From positions 1,056,001 through 1,120,000 of the forward strand of contig CAWHBU010000002.1 in the NCBI GenBank assembly GCA_963827685.1: a stretch of DNA of 64,000 bases, in the 5' to 3' direction. Position numbers and translations under genes: made by a program. Shown one piece after another: positions 8,904 to 18,433 of the stretch (the stretch's first letter is position 1; every line of letters starts with the position of its first letter). A model generated the notes under the pieces. It did not search any database and was not told the origin of the DNA. It saw only the letters and a list, made by a program, of their open reading frames with translations. Source of the DNA: an uncultured delta proteobacterium. Lineage in GTDB: Bacteria; Desulfobacterota; BSN033; UBA1163.

Positions 8904-10064
8904 TCAAATATTTAATCCCCTTCCTTTCAGTAACTGACGTGCTATGAATAGCTTCTCTACTTCCTTAGTCCCCTCATAGATTTCTACAATTTTAGCATCC
9001 CTATAAAAACGACTGATATCGTACTCGGCTAAATATCCATATCCTCCATGCAACTGCAAGGCCTCGTTGACGACCTTTACCCCGACTTCGCCAGCATACC
9101 ATTTAGCCATGGAGATGAGGGCAGGTTCAAACTGACCTTTATCTAAACTCCATGCTGCTTTGTATACTAAATTCCTTGCAGCTTCTGTCAAGGTCGCCAT
9201 CTCAGCCAATTTACCCTGTACCATCTGAAAGGATGAGAGGGGTTGCCCGAATTGCTTACGTTTCTTCACATGCTTTAACGCCAACTCCAGGGCCCCCTGA
9301 GCAATCCCCACACCTTGGGCAGCAGTGCCAGGCCTTGAACGATTAAAAAATTCCATGATGCAATTAAATCCTTTTCCCTCCTCCCCGACGAGATTCTCCT
9401 CAGGGACCCATACGTCGCTAAAGCTTATCTCTGCTGTGTCATGTGCCCGGATTCCCAGCTTTCCCTTCAATTTATTCCTTTCCAAGCCGGGTCGATCGGC
9501 TTCGATAATAATCACACTGTGCCTCTCATTGGGTGAGGCCGCATCGGGGTTACTCAGACAAAGGGTCACCATCATATTCGCAATATCTCCATTGGATATA
9601 AACATCTTTGATCCATTGATAAGATATCCATTCCCTTTCTTATCGGCTTTGGTGGAGACGGATAAGACATCACTGCCAGCATCAGGCTCCGTCACCGCAA
9701 CCGCACTGATCAACTCTCCTTTACATATAGGGGGAAGGTATTTCCTCTTCTGTTCTTCTGATCCCTTAAGGAGTATCATTTCACTTCCGAAGCATGTACA
9801 CATAAGCTGCCCACCCAGACCCGGGTCAACTCTCCAAAACTCCTCCATAATGATGGCATTCTCTAAAAATCCGAACCCTCCTCCTCCGTATTTTTCATCT
9901 ATAAAAATTCCGATGAATCCCAGTTTTGAGGCTTTCCTTAATAGTTCAAGATTAAAAGTTTCCTCCAGATCACATTCCTTGGCGATATTTGGAAACTCTC
10001 CCTCTGCAAACTCCCTCGCCGCCTTTCTTATATCCCGTTGGGCCGGCGTTAAACTAAAGTCCAT
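8904..10064 (-). CDS. Acyl-CoA dehydrogenase
   Basis: TEPDAGSD, NGSKMFISNG, RKQFG, QLHGGYG, IYEGT.E. Confidence 0.95.
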   Translation of the reverse strand: MDFSLTPAQRDIRKAAREFAEGEFPNIAKECDLEETFNLELLRKASKLGFIGIFIDEKYGGGGFGFLENAIIMEEFWRVDPGLGGQLMCTCFGSEMILLKGSEEQKRKYLPPICKGELISAVAVTEPDAGSDVLSVSTKADKKGNGYLINGSKMFISNGDIANMMVTLCLSNPDAASPNERHSVIIIEADRPGLERNKLKGKLGIRAHDTAEISFSDVWVPEENLVGEEGKGFNCIMEFFNRSRPGTAAQGVGIAQGALELALKHVKKRKQFGQPLSSFQMVQGKLAEMATLTEAARNLVYKAAWSLDKGQFEPALISMAKWYAGEVGVKVVNEALQLHGGYGYLAEYDISRFYRDAKIVEIYEGTKEVEKLFIARQLLKGRGLNI

Positions 10065-10115
10065 TTTTCCCTCCCATGAACCTCATGAAGATTATAAGAC
10101 ATTATCTCCGGCAGC

Positions 10116-11186
10116 CTATTTTTTAGTCCCTTCCCGATGGAGGTTCGCCTGACAAACTCTACAGTTTTTTCTTGTCGCGACATTGATGATCTTGCATCTT
10201 GGACATATGATTTCCAGCTTATCCCTGACCCATCGGGTAATGCCTTCGGGCATATAGAGAATCATCACGATAATAATGGCCGTAAAGAGAGCCATTCTTA
10301 TTTCAGGAACGATGACCAATAATTGCGTTGAAAGAAAGTAAAGCAGATAAGCCCCTATGACTGGACCGTAAATCGTCCCGGCCCCACCAAAGACCGTCCA
10401 TATTAATGGATAGATCGAAAAAATGAACTCCAGGGTTGTGGGACCTACCACCTTCATGGTGTGAGCATACAGCCCACCGGAAATTCCAGCAAAGAAACCG
10501 CTTAAGGCAAAGGCGAGTATTTTATATTTGACGGTGTTAATCCCCGTTGTCCGGGCTGAAATTTCATCTTCCCTGATAGCGCAGAAGATAATTCCAGTTC
10601 TAAGTATACGACTTTTTGTATCGGTCAGCTTCCACATAATGGCAACAGAAATCAACATAATCACGAGGCAAAAAAGATAAAGAAATATTGGGGAATCTGA
10701 AATACCCGGTAAGCCAAAGAGCCCCAATTCACCTCCAGTAAATTGAGGAAAAAGGAAGACAACTCCTTGCAGAATGACAGGCACAGCTAAGGTCACAATC
10801 GCGAGATAGGGGCCCCTTAGCCGAAGCGCAGGAATGGCTACAATGACCCCGATGATGACTCCGGCAATAGCACCCATCGGTATGGTCAACGAAACTGGCA
10901 AACCCACTTTTGAACTCAGGATCGCAGACGTATAAGCACTGACTCCGAAAAAAGCACCGTGGCCCAAGTTAAGTTGTCCGGAAAAAAATAATAGGTCCCA
11001 ACTGGCGGCTAAAAGAGCAAATATGGAAGAAAATACAAGTAGGTTCTTTAGATACGGACTGATGTTTAAAAAGCCCAGTAATAGAAGAAAAATAATTCCT
11101 ATGGACCCAATCGCCCTACCCGGGATCACCAATATTTCTTCTTCAAGTATTTTATAAAGACGCCAGAGATAATAGCGCATCTTCAC
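10116..11186 (-). CDS. Branched-chain amino acid-type ABC permease (LivM-like) with C-terminal double zinc ribbon
   Basis: GQLNLGHGAFFG, LRLRGPYLAI.TLA, AIREDE; ends CPRC...CRVC. Confidence 0.9.
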   Translation of the reverse strand: MKMRYYLWRLYKILEEEILVIPGRAIGSIGIIFLLLLGFLNISPYLKNLLVFSSIFALLAASWDLLFFSGQLNLGHGAFFGVSAYTSAILSSKVGLPVSLTIPMGAIAGVIIGVIVAIPALRLRGPYLAIVTLAVPVILQGVVFLFPQFTGGELGLFGLPGISDSPIFLYLFCLVIMLISVAIMWKLTDTKSRILRTGIIFCAIREDEISARTTGINTVKYKILAFALSGFFAGISGGLYAHTMKVVGPTTLEFIFSIYPLIWTVFGGAGTIYGPVIGAYLLYFLSTQLLVIVPEIRMALFTAIIIVMILYMPEGITRWVRDKLEIICPRCKIINVATRKNCRVCQANLHREGTKK

Positions 11187-12052
11187 AACCTTTCCTCTTC
11201 AAAGAACGCTCCAAACATTCCTTCGGGTTTTTTCGATAGCACAATCACCATCACCAACAAGGCAATCGCATTCTTGATGAAAGCTCCCATGGGGAGCCAG
11301 TTGACCACGGCCACTTCAGAAAACGCCAGGAGATAAGCTGCAATAAAACTTCCTTTCAGGCTACCCAACCCTCCTAGGACGACGATAGCCAATACCATGA
11401 TCATGGGATGTACCCACATCAAGGGCTCAACCACATAGATCGGGGAGACCAGAATGCTCGATATCGTTACAAACCCAATCCCTATACACATGGCGATCAG
11501 AGACAGCTTTTTTTCATTGATTCCCATGACATTGACTATTTCCCTGTCTTGAGAGGTTGCCCGAATGGCTATCCCCACTCTGGATCTTGACAAGAAGAGC
11601 CACAAACTAAGAATGAGAGCGATGCTCACACCGAATGCGAGAAAGTGCTGATTTAAAACCCTAACCTCTAAGAGTTCTTGATATCCTGAAATGAAAGGGG
11701 GAACCCGACGAAAATCCGTCCCAAAGATAGAAATGATGCATTCTTCAAAGAAGAAAGCTGAAGCGATGCTGATGAGAATCACCACTGTCTCATGGGAACG
11801 GATGGGTTCAAGAACAAATTTGTAGGTCGCCACCCCTATGAAGGAGGCGACCCCAATGGCGAGGATCGCTGAAATAAAGATGTTGAGGTGAACGAGGGAG
11901 CAAAAGACATAGAAAAAGTAGGCCGCTAACATATAAAAAGAGGTGTAGGCCAAATTGACGATTCTCGCCGCCCCCCAGATAAGAGAGAAGCCGAGAGCCA
12001 AAACGGCATAAACCGTTCCAAGAACAATTGAAATGATCAGAACCTGGATCAT
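11183..12052 (-). CDS. ABC permease (LivH-like)
   Basis: YAVLALGFSLIWG, GIAIRA, VVLGGLGS. Confidence 0.9.
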   Translation of the reverse strand: MIQVLIISIVLGTVYAVLALGFSLIWGAARIVNLAYTSFYMLAAYFFYVFCSLVHLNIFISAILAIGVASFIGVATYKFVLEPIRSHETVVILISIASAFFFEECIISIFGTDFRRVPPFISGYQELLEVRVLNQHFLAFGVSIALILSLWLFLSRSRVGIAIRATSQDREIVNVMGINEKKLSLIAMCIGIGFVTISSILVSPIYVVEPLMWVHPMIMVLAIVVLGGLGSLKGSFIAAYLLAFSEVAVVNWLPMGAFIKNAIALLVMVIVLSKKPEGMFGAFFEEERL

Positions 12053-12113
12053 CTATTTTCCTTTCAACCCCTCCCTCTCTCCCTTACGGGCAGAGGGAGG
12101 GATGTAAGGAGTC

Positions 12114-13406
12114 TCATTTCTTTTTCTTCCAATAGTCTACTACCCATGGTGGCAATAAATACTTTTCAGACCCTTCATACTTCACGCCCTGCCACTCGTA
12201 GGGCCAGACAACCACAACCTTTCCCGGACCGCGCCATTGATTGACCACCCAGGTGTTATATCCGGGACCGAATCTCAGATCATGAGGAAATTGGTGATCT
12301 CGAGGATAAAAGACCATCCTGCCGTAAGCTCCTTTATAATCTGTCTTTTCAAGCTCGGTGACCACTTTGTCGGAGTCGATGGTGCCTGCCCGCTCAATCG
12401 CTTCTTTCAATACATAGACCGCATCGTAGGTGACACTTACATAACCGGGAAAATCATCAAATGCCTTCAGATAGGCATTCCAAAAGGGCATCGTCTTTTC
12501 GCTCAACTTTGCAGGACCGATACCGATCATCGTCGAACTGTAATTACCATACCCACCTGTCGCGTCCCAGAAGGTTTTCACACAGGCAATGGCAGCTCCT
12601 CCAACCAAAGCAGCCGGAATTTTAAGCTCACCCCATTGCTTCCCAAGAACAGATCCCATCGTGCCGGAGACTGATTGGAAGATAATCTGAGCTCCGCTCG
12701 CCTTGATCGCCGAAAGTTCAGCCGTCACATCGCTGGCTGTTGCAGAAGGTCTCCAAGCTCCGACCACTTCGAGGCCCATTCCTGGGGCCTTCGTTTCGAC
12801 CGCCTTTACAATCGGATCGGCCCACATAAGTTTATCAGCCAAGATGGCCACCTTCGGCTTTGCAATCCCTATCTGTTCTTTTACGATCTTGGCAACATCC
12901 TCCAGATGAGCGAAAAGGACTTGCCCCTGGGCAATAGAGTTGATGGTCATTCTAAAAGTATATTTGTACTTGTCATAATCCTTTGCAACCCGAGCCAAGA
13001 GATCCGGATGAACGGCACCGCATAGAACGAAGATTTTCTTGTACTTCATCGCCACATCCTGCATGGCAAGCGCTGATTCTGACCTCTGTGTGCCGATGAA
13101 AAAATGAACTTCATCCGCCGCTCTTTCCACTGCGACGACCGCATCGGAAACACTGGCGATCTCGTTTGTATCCACCCTGATGAGCTTGATTGGCACCTTG
13201 GCGCCTCCCAAAGTCACCCCGCCGGCTTTATTGATCTCTTCCTGTGCTATGGAAGCTCCCCGCCAATGATCCCGTCCAAACACAGCTTTCATAGGCCCTG
13301 CAACTCCAATCCTGACCTCTTTGACAGCTTGCTGTGCCAGCCCCCCGCCTGCCAAAAAAGAAAGCAAACACAGACTCACCACACCTACGATCATTCCCTT
13401 TCTCAT
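12114..13406 (-). CDS. ABC substrate-binding protein (LivJ/K-like)
   Basis: Signal peptide; IGVAGPM, EEINKAGG, YDAVYVLKEAIERAGT. Confidence 0.9.
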   Translation of the reverse strand: MRKGMIVGVVSLCLLSFLAGGGLAQQAVKEVRIGVAGPMKAVFGRDHWRGASIAQEEINKAGGVTLGGAKVPIKLIRVDTNEIASVSDAVVAVERAADEVHFFIGTQRSESALAMQDVAMKYKKIFVLCGAVHPDLLARVAKDYDKYKYTFRMTINSIAQGQVLFAHLEDVAKIVKEQIGIAKPKVAILADKLMWADPIVKAVETKAPGMGLEVVGAWRPSATASDVTAELSAIKASGAQIIFQSVSGTMGSVLGKQWGELKIPAALVGGAAIACVKTFWDATGGYGNYSSTMIGIGPAKLSEKTMPFWNAYLKAFDDFPGYVSVTYDAVYVLKEAIERAGTIDSDKVVTELEKTDYKGAYGRMVFYPRDHQFPHDLRFGPGYNTWVVNQWRGPGKVVVVWPYEWQGVKYEGSEKYLLPPWVVDYWKKKK

Positions 13407-13546
13407 CGTAAAGCCCTCCTTTCCTTCAAAGTTTTCTTACTCACAGAATAGCCCCATTTTAAAGATGATTGACCCCTCCCTTCTCCTCAACCTTCAGGCC
13501 GGAGGAGATCGCACTGTATTTTTGTGGCTCCTCGGCGCCATCCGAG

Positions 13547-14302
13547 CTATAAACCCAGGTAGGTCTTCCTGATCCGCTCATCGTCTTGTAGTGCTTCAGA
13601 TGTTCCTTCGAAGACGACCTTCCCTTGGGAAAGCACGTAATTTCTTTGAGCTAAAGCAAGTGCAAGACTCACATCCTGTTCCACTAAAATGATCGTCACC
13701 CCAGTCTGATAAACATCCTTAATACGCTTAAATACTTCATCTTTTATCATAGGGGCGAGCCCAAGAGAGGGTTCGTCGATCAATAGAAGCTTGGGCTCGG
13801 ACATCAATGCCCTTCCGATAGCCAGCATGGTTCGCTCTCCCCCGGAGAGGGTACCGGACATTTGTCTTTTTCTCTCTTCTAATATTGGAAAGAGTTTGAA
13901 AACTGCTTCTAATCTTTGCCTTATTTTTTCTCTTTCTTTAATCAAAAAAGCCCCCGTTATTAAATTATCAAAGACGGTCAATTCCCGAAATGGCCTTCCC
14001 CCTTCTGGACAGAGAATTAACCCTTTTTCTGCTCTCTGATGAGCTGGCACGGAATTGATCGGCTCCCCTTCAAAGACGATCTCGCCTTCGATAATAATAT
14101 TAGAGACTTCTTTCCTCATTCCCCTCTTCATCTCTCTTTCCCAGCTCATCAGTCCGCATATGGTTCGAAGAAGAGTCGTTTTTCCAGCACCGTTTGGGCC
14201 TACAATACTGAGGAGCTCCCCTGTATGAACCCCTAAACTTACCCCATCTAATACCACCGCAGTATCATAGGCAACGGTGACATTCTTTGCCTCAAGGAGC
14301 AT
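13547..14302 (-). CDS. ABC ATP-binding protein (LivF-like)
   Basis: GPNGAGKT, LSGGE, DEPSLGLAP. Confidence 0.92.
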   Translation of the reverse strand: MLLEAKNVTVAYDTAVVLDGVSLGVHTGELLSIVGPNGAGKTTLLRTICGLMSWEREMKRGMRKEVSNIIIEGEIVFEGEPINSVPAHQRAEKGLILCPEGGRPFRELTVFDNLITGAFLIKEREKIRQRLEAVFKLFPILEERKRQMSGTLSGGERTMLAIGRALMSEPKLLLIDEPSLGLAPMIKDEVFKRIKDVYQTGVTIILVEQDVSLALALAQRNYVLSQGKVVFEGTSEALQDDERIRKTYLGL

Positions 14303-15071
14303 TTCTATCTCCTCTTGATCGGTGCCCTATATAAATTTCAATGACCTTTGGGTTGTGTACGATTTCCTGAGGCGTGTCTTCGGCAATCAGTTCACCGTAG
14401 TTTAGCACAATCACGCGGTCGACTATTTTCATCAGCTCCGATAACTTGTGTTCCACGATCAACATCGCCGGGCCTTCGCTATGTAATCGACCAAACCTCC
14501 CGCCCTTGTGCAACCTTTTTAGGGACTTCGCCATCAGATCCGTTTCATAGGGGTTCAAACCCCCGAATGGTTCATCGAGTATGAGCAACTCGGGTTCAGT
14601 AGCAAGGGCCCGTGCAATTTCAAGGCGCGTAAGATCTCCGTGAGAGAGAATGGAAGCTTTTTCCTTGGCCAGATCTGAAATTCCACAAAACTCCAGCGCA
14701 TCCATTGCCATACTTTCTACTCTTTTTACCCATTCCCCTCCCTTTCTTCCTGAGCCAAGGCACCCGATCATCGCATTGGCAATAATAGGCAACTCCCGAA
14801 ATGGCCTTACGACCTGATGGGTCATGGCTATCCCTTTTTTTACGATATCCCAGGGTGGATGGCCTATAATCTCCTCGCCATTGAACCGAATTGTCCCAGA
14901 ATCAGCTTTTAACATGCCTATGATAAGGCGCACCAAAGTCGTTTTTCCCGAACCATTTGGACCAATCAGCCCTACCATTTCATTTCTTCCCATGCTAAAG
15001 TTAAGTTTTTTGACTGCCATCAGGCCACCAAAAGACTTCGTTAAGTTCTCAATCTCGAGAAAAGATGCCAT
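14292..15071 (-). CDS. ABC ATP-binding protein (LivG-like)
   Basis: FGGLMAV, GPNGSGKT, LDEP, VEH. Confidence 0.92.
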   Translation of the reverse strand: MASFLEIENLTKSFGGLMAVKKLNFSMGRNEMVGLIGPNGSGKTTLVRLIIGMLKADSGTIRFNGEEIIGHPPWDIVKKGIAMTHQVVRPFRELPIIANAMIGCLGSGRKGGEWVKRVESMAMDALEFCGISDLAKEKASILSHGDLTRLEIARALATEPELLILDEPFGGLNPYETDLMAKSLKRLHKGGRFGRLHSEGPAMLIVEHKLSELMKIVDRVIVLNYGELIAEDTPQEIVHNPKVIEIYIGHRSRGDRNAP

Positions 15072-15072
15072 T

Positions 15073-16830
15073 TTAGCCTTCCCTCTCCTCCCTTAACTCC
15101 CTTCGCGATACTTTTCCGACATCCGTCCTCGGGATCTCTCCTCGAAACTCTATAATCTTCGGAACCTTGTAATGAGCCAATTTTTCTTGGCAGTGACTGA
15201 CAATTTCCTCTTCCGACATTTTCCCTCTTGCATCAGCCTCTAATACGATCACCGCTTTAATGTTTGCACCGACCTTCGGGTCAGGAACCCCTATGACCGC
15301 AGCTTCCTTTATCTTAGGATGGGTTTTTAGAACCTCTTCTATTTCTCGGGCAAAGATGGAATACCCCTTGTATTTGATCAAATCTCTTTTTCTATCGTAG
15401 AAATGAACATAACCCTCATTATCCATTCGGACTAAGTCACCTGTCATAAGCCACTTTTCTCCCGCGATTTCCAGAAAAATTTTTCCTGTTTCTTCCGGCC
15501 TGTTCCAATAACCCTTCATCACCTGGGGACCCCTTACCACCAGTTCACCTATTTCTCCGAGCGGAACCATTTCTGCCGTGTCAGGATGGACAATGGCTAC
15601 CACCGTGTTAGGCAATGGAACTCCGAAGGAACCCATCTTAGGCCTTCCAACCGGGCTAACGCAGATTCCTGAAGAGGTCTCGGTTTGCCCATAACCTTCG
15701 TGGATAAAAGTACCTGTCCGCCTCTCCCAAATCTTAGCTGTATCTTCAAGAAGCGAGTCAGCACCAGAAACGAGGAACTTGAGTCGTTTCCAGTCCACTC
15801 TACCCGTCCTGTCATAATCTTTAAGAAGTTCGAATAAACCCGGTACACCCATAAAAAATGTTGCGTCATATCCTCCGACACTGCTTAAAACGTCATCGAT
15901 GTCAGGGGTGGTTAATATGACGAGTGTATATCCTCGAACAATACCACTGATTAAAAGTACCACCTGGCCGTAGATATGGTAAAAGGGCAAAAAGGCGATC
16001 ACAGTCTCTTTTCCTTCTTCGAGATTCTTCCCCTTTTCAAAGCTGTAGGAATAGAAAGTTTGGTTGATGGCTTGCATCGCAAAAATATTAAAATGAGTTA
16101 GCATCGCACCCTTTGGAGGGCCTGTCGTCCCACCCGTATAGGGGAGTGCAGCTAAGTCTTCCTTTGGATTAATCTCGATCTTTGGTGGATTCGGTTGACT
16201 TTTTTTAATCAAATCCTGAAACCAGTGAATATTCTTACCCTCTTGAATCTTAATCTTTGGAACCTCCATTTTTTGGTATACAGCTTTCAAAATGCTTTTT
16301 CCAAAAACCTTCTTTAGGCTTGGTAAGTACTCATCGATACTTGTTAAAATAATTCTTTTTAATCCCACGTTCGTTTTCTCAACAAAGTGATGGAGTATAT
16401 CCAGGCAAATGATCGTTTCGGCGTGGCTGTCTTCAAGCTGGTGTTTCACCTCCGGGGTAACATAGACCGGACTGATGGGTGTCAGGATAGCTCCTATTCT
16501 AAGAGCTCCGAAATAGGCTATAACGAATTGGGGACAGTTCAATAGAAACAAGGCTACGGTATCTCCTTTTCTGATTCCCAAATCATAGAGACCCGTGGCA
16601 AATCTATCAACTTGATCCTTTAATTCCAAATAGCTTATTTTTTTGCCATAAAAGATTAAGGCGGGTTTATTTTTCCATTTCTCTACCGCTCTATCAAAAG
16701 CTTGAATTAACGAGATGTTGGGGATGTCGATTTCGTGAGGGAGCCCCTCAGGATAAAATTTAAGCCAAGGTTTATTGAGATATAAATTTTCCCTCTCCTT
16801 TTCCGTTCCAACCTTACTTTCCATAAACAA
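15073..16830 (-). CDS. Long-chain fatty acid/acyl-CoA ligase
   Basis: YTGGTTGPPKG, EGYGQTE, TGD, DRKRDLI. Confidence 0.92.
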   Translation of the reverse strand: MFMESKVGTEKERENLYLNKPWLKFYPEGLPHEIDIPNISLIQAFDRAVEKWKNKPALIFYGKKISYLELKDQVDRFATGLYDLGIRKGDTVALFLLNCPQFVIAYFGALRIGAILTPISPVYVTPEVKHQLEDSHAETIICLDILHHFVEKTNVGLKRIILTSIDEYLPSLKKVFGKSILKAVYQKMEVPKIKIQEGKNIHWFQDLIKKSQPNPPKIEINPKEDLAALPYTGGTTGPPKGAMLTHFNIFAMQAINQTFYSYSFEKGKNLEEGKETVIAFLPFYHIYGQVVLLISGIVRGYTLVILTTPDIDDVLSSVGGYDATFFMGVPGLFELLKDYDRTGRVDWKRLKFLVSGADSLLEDTAKIWERRTGTFIHEGYGQTETSSGICVSPVGRPKMGSFGVPLPNTVVAIVHPDTAEMVPLGEIGELVVRGPQVMKGYWNRPEETGKIFLEIAGEKWLMTGDLVRMDNEGYVHFYDRKRDLIKYKGYSIFAREIEEVLKTHPKIKEAAVIGVPDPKVGANIKAVIVLEADARGKMSEEEIVSHCQEKLAHYKVPKIIEFRGEIPRTDVGKVSRRELREEREG

Positions 16831-16857
16831 TCCCCTTTCGCGGAATTAGAAGTTTGT

Positions 16858-18348
16858 TTAGATTTTTGGCGGAAACTCCGGCAACTGGCTGTATAGTCCA
16901 TCCTCTGTCCCATCCTTAATCCTTGCTGCTCGCTTCGCGGCTGCTCTATATTTTTCAAAGTCAGCCAGCGCATAGATGGAAAGCCTCTGTGCGGCCAGGG
17001 ATCCTTCGGCATGAAGCGTCAGAACATCTTCATAGGAAGAAGTGAGTTCTCTGATTAGCTTAATTAGCCGGAGTCTATATTCTGTCGGTATGCCTGCCTT
17101 CCCTCCAAGGTACTTATCGATGAGGTCGTGAATCTCAGGATTGAGGTAATCTTTCGAAGAAGGGGCTGTGGCGACAATGCCTCCGGCGATATCCTGAAGA
17201 TACTTCGTCGCCTGATGCCAGTTATCCGCGAAGAAAAGCTTTGCAATATTTGCGTACATAGGATTTGGATAAACCAACTTTGAATCATGTTCAGAAACAC
17301 AGTGTTCGCAAGCCGCCCTGCCCATCACTTCGGTTGCCTCCGCATAGAGAACGAGCCAAGCCAGCTTATCCTGGATATGTGAGACTTTCTCAACGCCATT
17401 ATATTCGGCCATCAATGCGGCAGCGCCAGCAACCAGCTCAAGTTCCACGGCCTTATAGGTCTCAGCACTAAGGCGGTGAAAATTGCCAAACATGTAGGCG
17501 ATGTCACCGGCAAATGGCCACTCGCCTTTCATAAAGACCCGCTCATTGGGGATAAAGACGTCATCAAAGATAACCATGGCATCGTTCAGATAGATACTCG
17601 CGGTAATGGGATTATCGAAAAAATTGCCCGATTCTTTGATCTCGGGTTCAGCAGAGATCAGGGTAAGACCTTTTGCATTGGCCTGCACGGCAAACGAAAC
17701 AGCATAGGCCTTATCATCTTCACGCATTGCCCGACATGGCAAGATGATGATCTCGTTGGCCAGCGGCGCCTCACTGATATGCGCTTTGGCCCCTCGGACG
17801 ACTATGCCATCCTTACGCTCCTCCACAATCCTTACGTAGTAGTCTTGGTGGGGTTGCTGCTTTGAGGGACGCAGACTTCTATCTCCTTTGACATCGGTCA
17901 TCCCCAAAGCAATGGAGGCATCGGTTTTAAGAAGGTACTTTCGATAGGCCTCCACTCGCCCGGCATAATTTGTCCCATGTTCCTTATCGATGCGTTGGGT
18001 GACCACCGTGACAGCATTCAGTCCGTCTTTGCCGACAAATTTAGCTCCGGACGGCTTTCCATAGCAAACCCTTGCCCAGAGCTTAACGATTTCCCTCAAC
18101 CTCAGCAGGTCCTCAACACTCGTTTGCGGCATAAAGACAAAACTGCCTAACTCCCCCTCTTCCGTCTTCTCGGTGACAAGGCGCTGGTAGCGTGGATCCT
18201 GCTGCAGCACATAATCCATCGCCATCCAGTCTATACAAATCCTCAAGATTGGGTGCTGCGTCACATCCTTCACCCTCTCCCCCAGACAATAGACCGCTCG
18301 ACCATCCTTCAGACTTTCTACATATTGTTGCGGTGTTCTAATAGCCAT
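16858..18348 (-). CDS. 4-hydroxybutyryl-CoA dehydratase / HpaB family flavoprotein, divergent
   Basis: TDVKGDRS.RPS.Q, GIVVRGAKAHI, FDDVFIPNERVF, LHAEGS. Confidence 0.85.
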   Translation of the reverse strand: MAIRTPQQYVESLKDGRAVYCLGERVKDVTQHPILRICIDWMAMDYVLQQDPRYQRLVTEKTEEGELGSFVFMPQTSVEDLLRLREIVKLWARVCYGKPSGAKFVGKDGLNAVTVVTQRIDKEHGTNYAGRVEAYRKYLLKTDASIALGMTDVKGDRSLRPSKQQPHQDYYVRIVEERKDGIVVRGAKAHISEAPLANEIIILPCRAMREDDKAYAVSFAVQANAKGLTLISAEPEIKESGNFFDNPITASIYLNDAMVIFDDVFIPNERVFMKGEWPFAGDIAYMFGNFHRLSAETYKAVELELVAGAAALMAEYNGVEKVSHIQDKLAWLVLYAEATEVMGRAACEHCVSEHDSKLVYPNPMYANIAKLFFADNWHQATKYLQDIAGGIVATAPSSKDYLNPEIHDLIDKYLGGKAGIPTEYRLRLIKLIRELTSSYEDVLTLHAEGSLAAQRLSIYALADFEKYRAAAKRAARIKDGTEDGLYSQLPEFPPKI

Positions 18349-18433
18349 CCAAGTCCCTTTCGTATTCGGCCATGCCGAGTTAACATTTCCCGATTCAGTG
18401 GGCCACTGTCCCTACCGTCCCTTTGCGACCTTC

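Noticed and set aside
9325-10152. Long antisense ORFs (also 41446-42345, 35907-36347, 50798-51238)
   Set aside because: Shadows of well-supported genes on the opposite strand, with no recognisable motifs.
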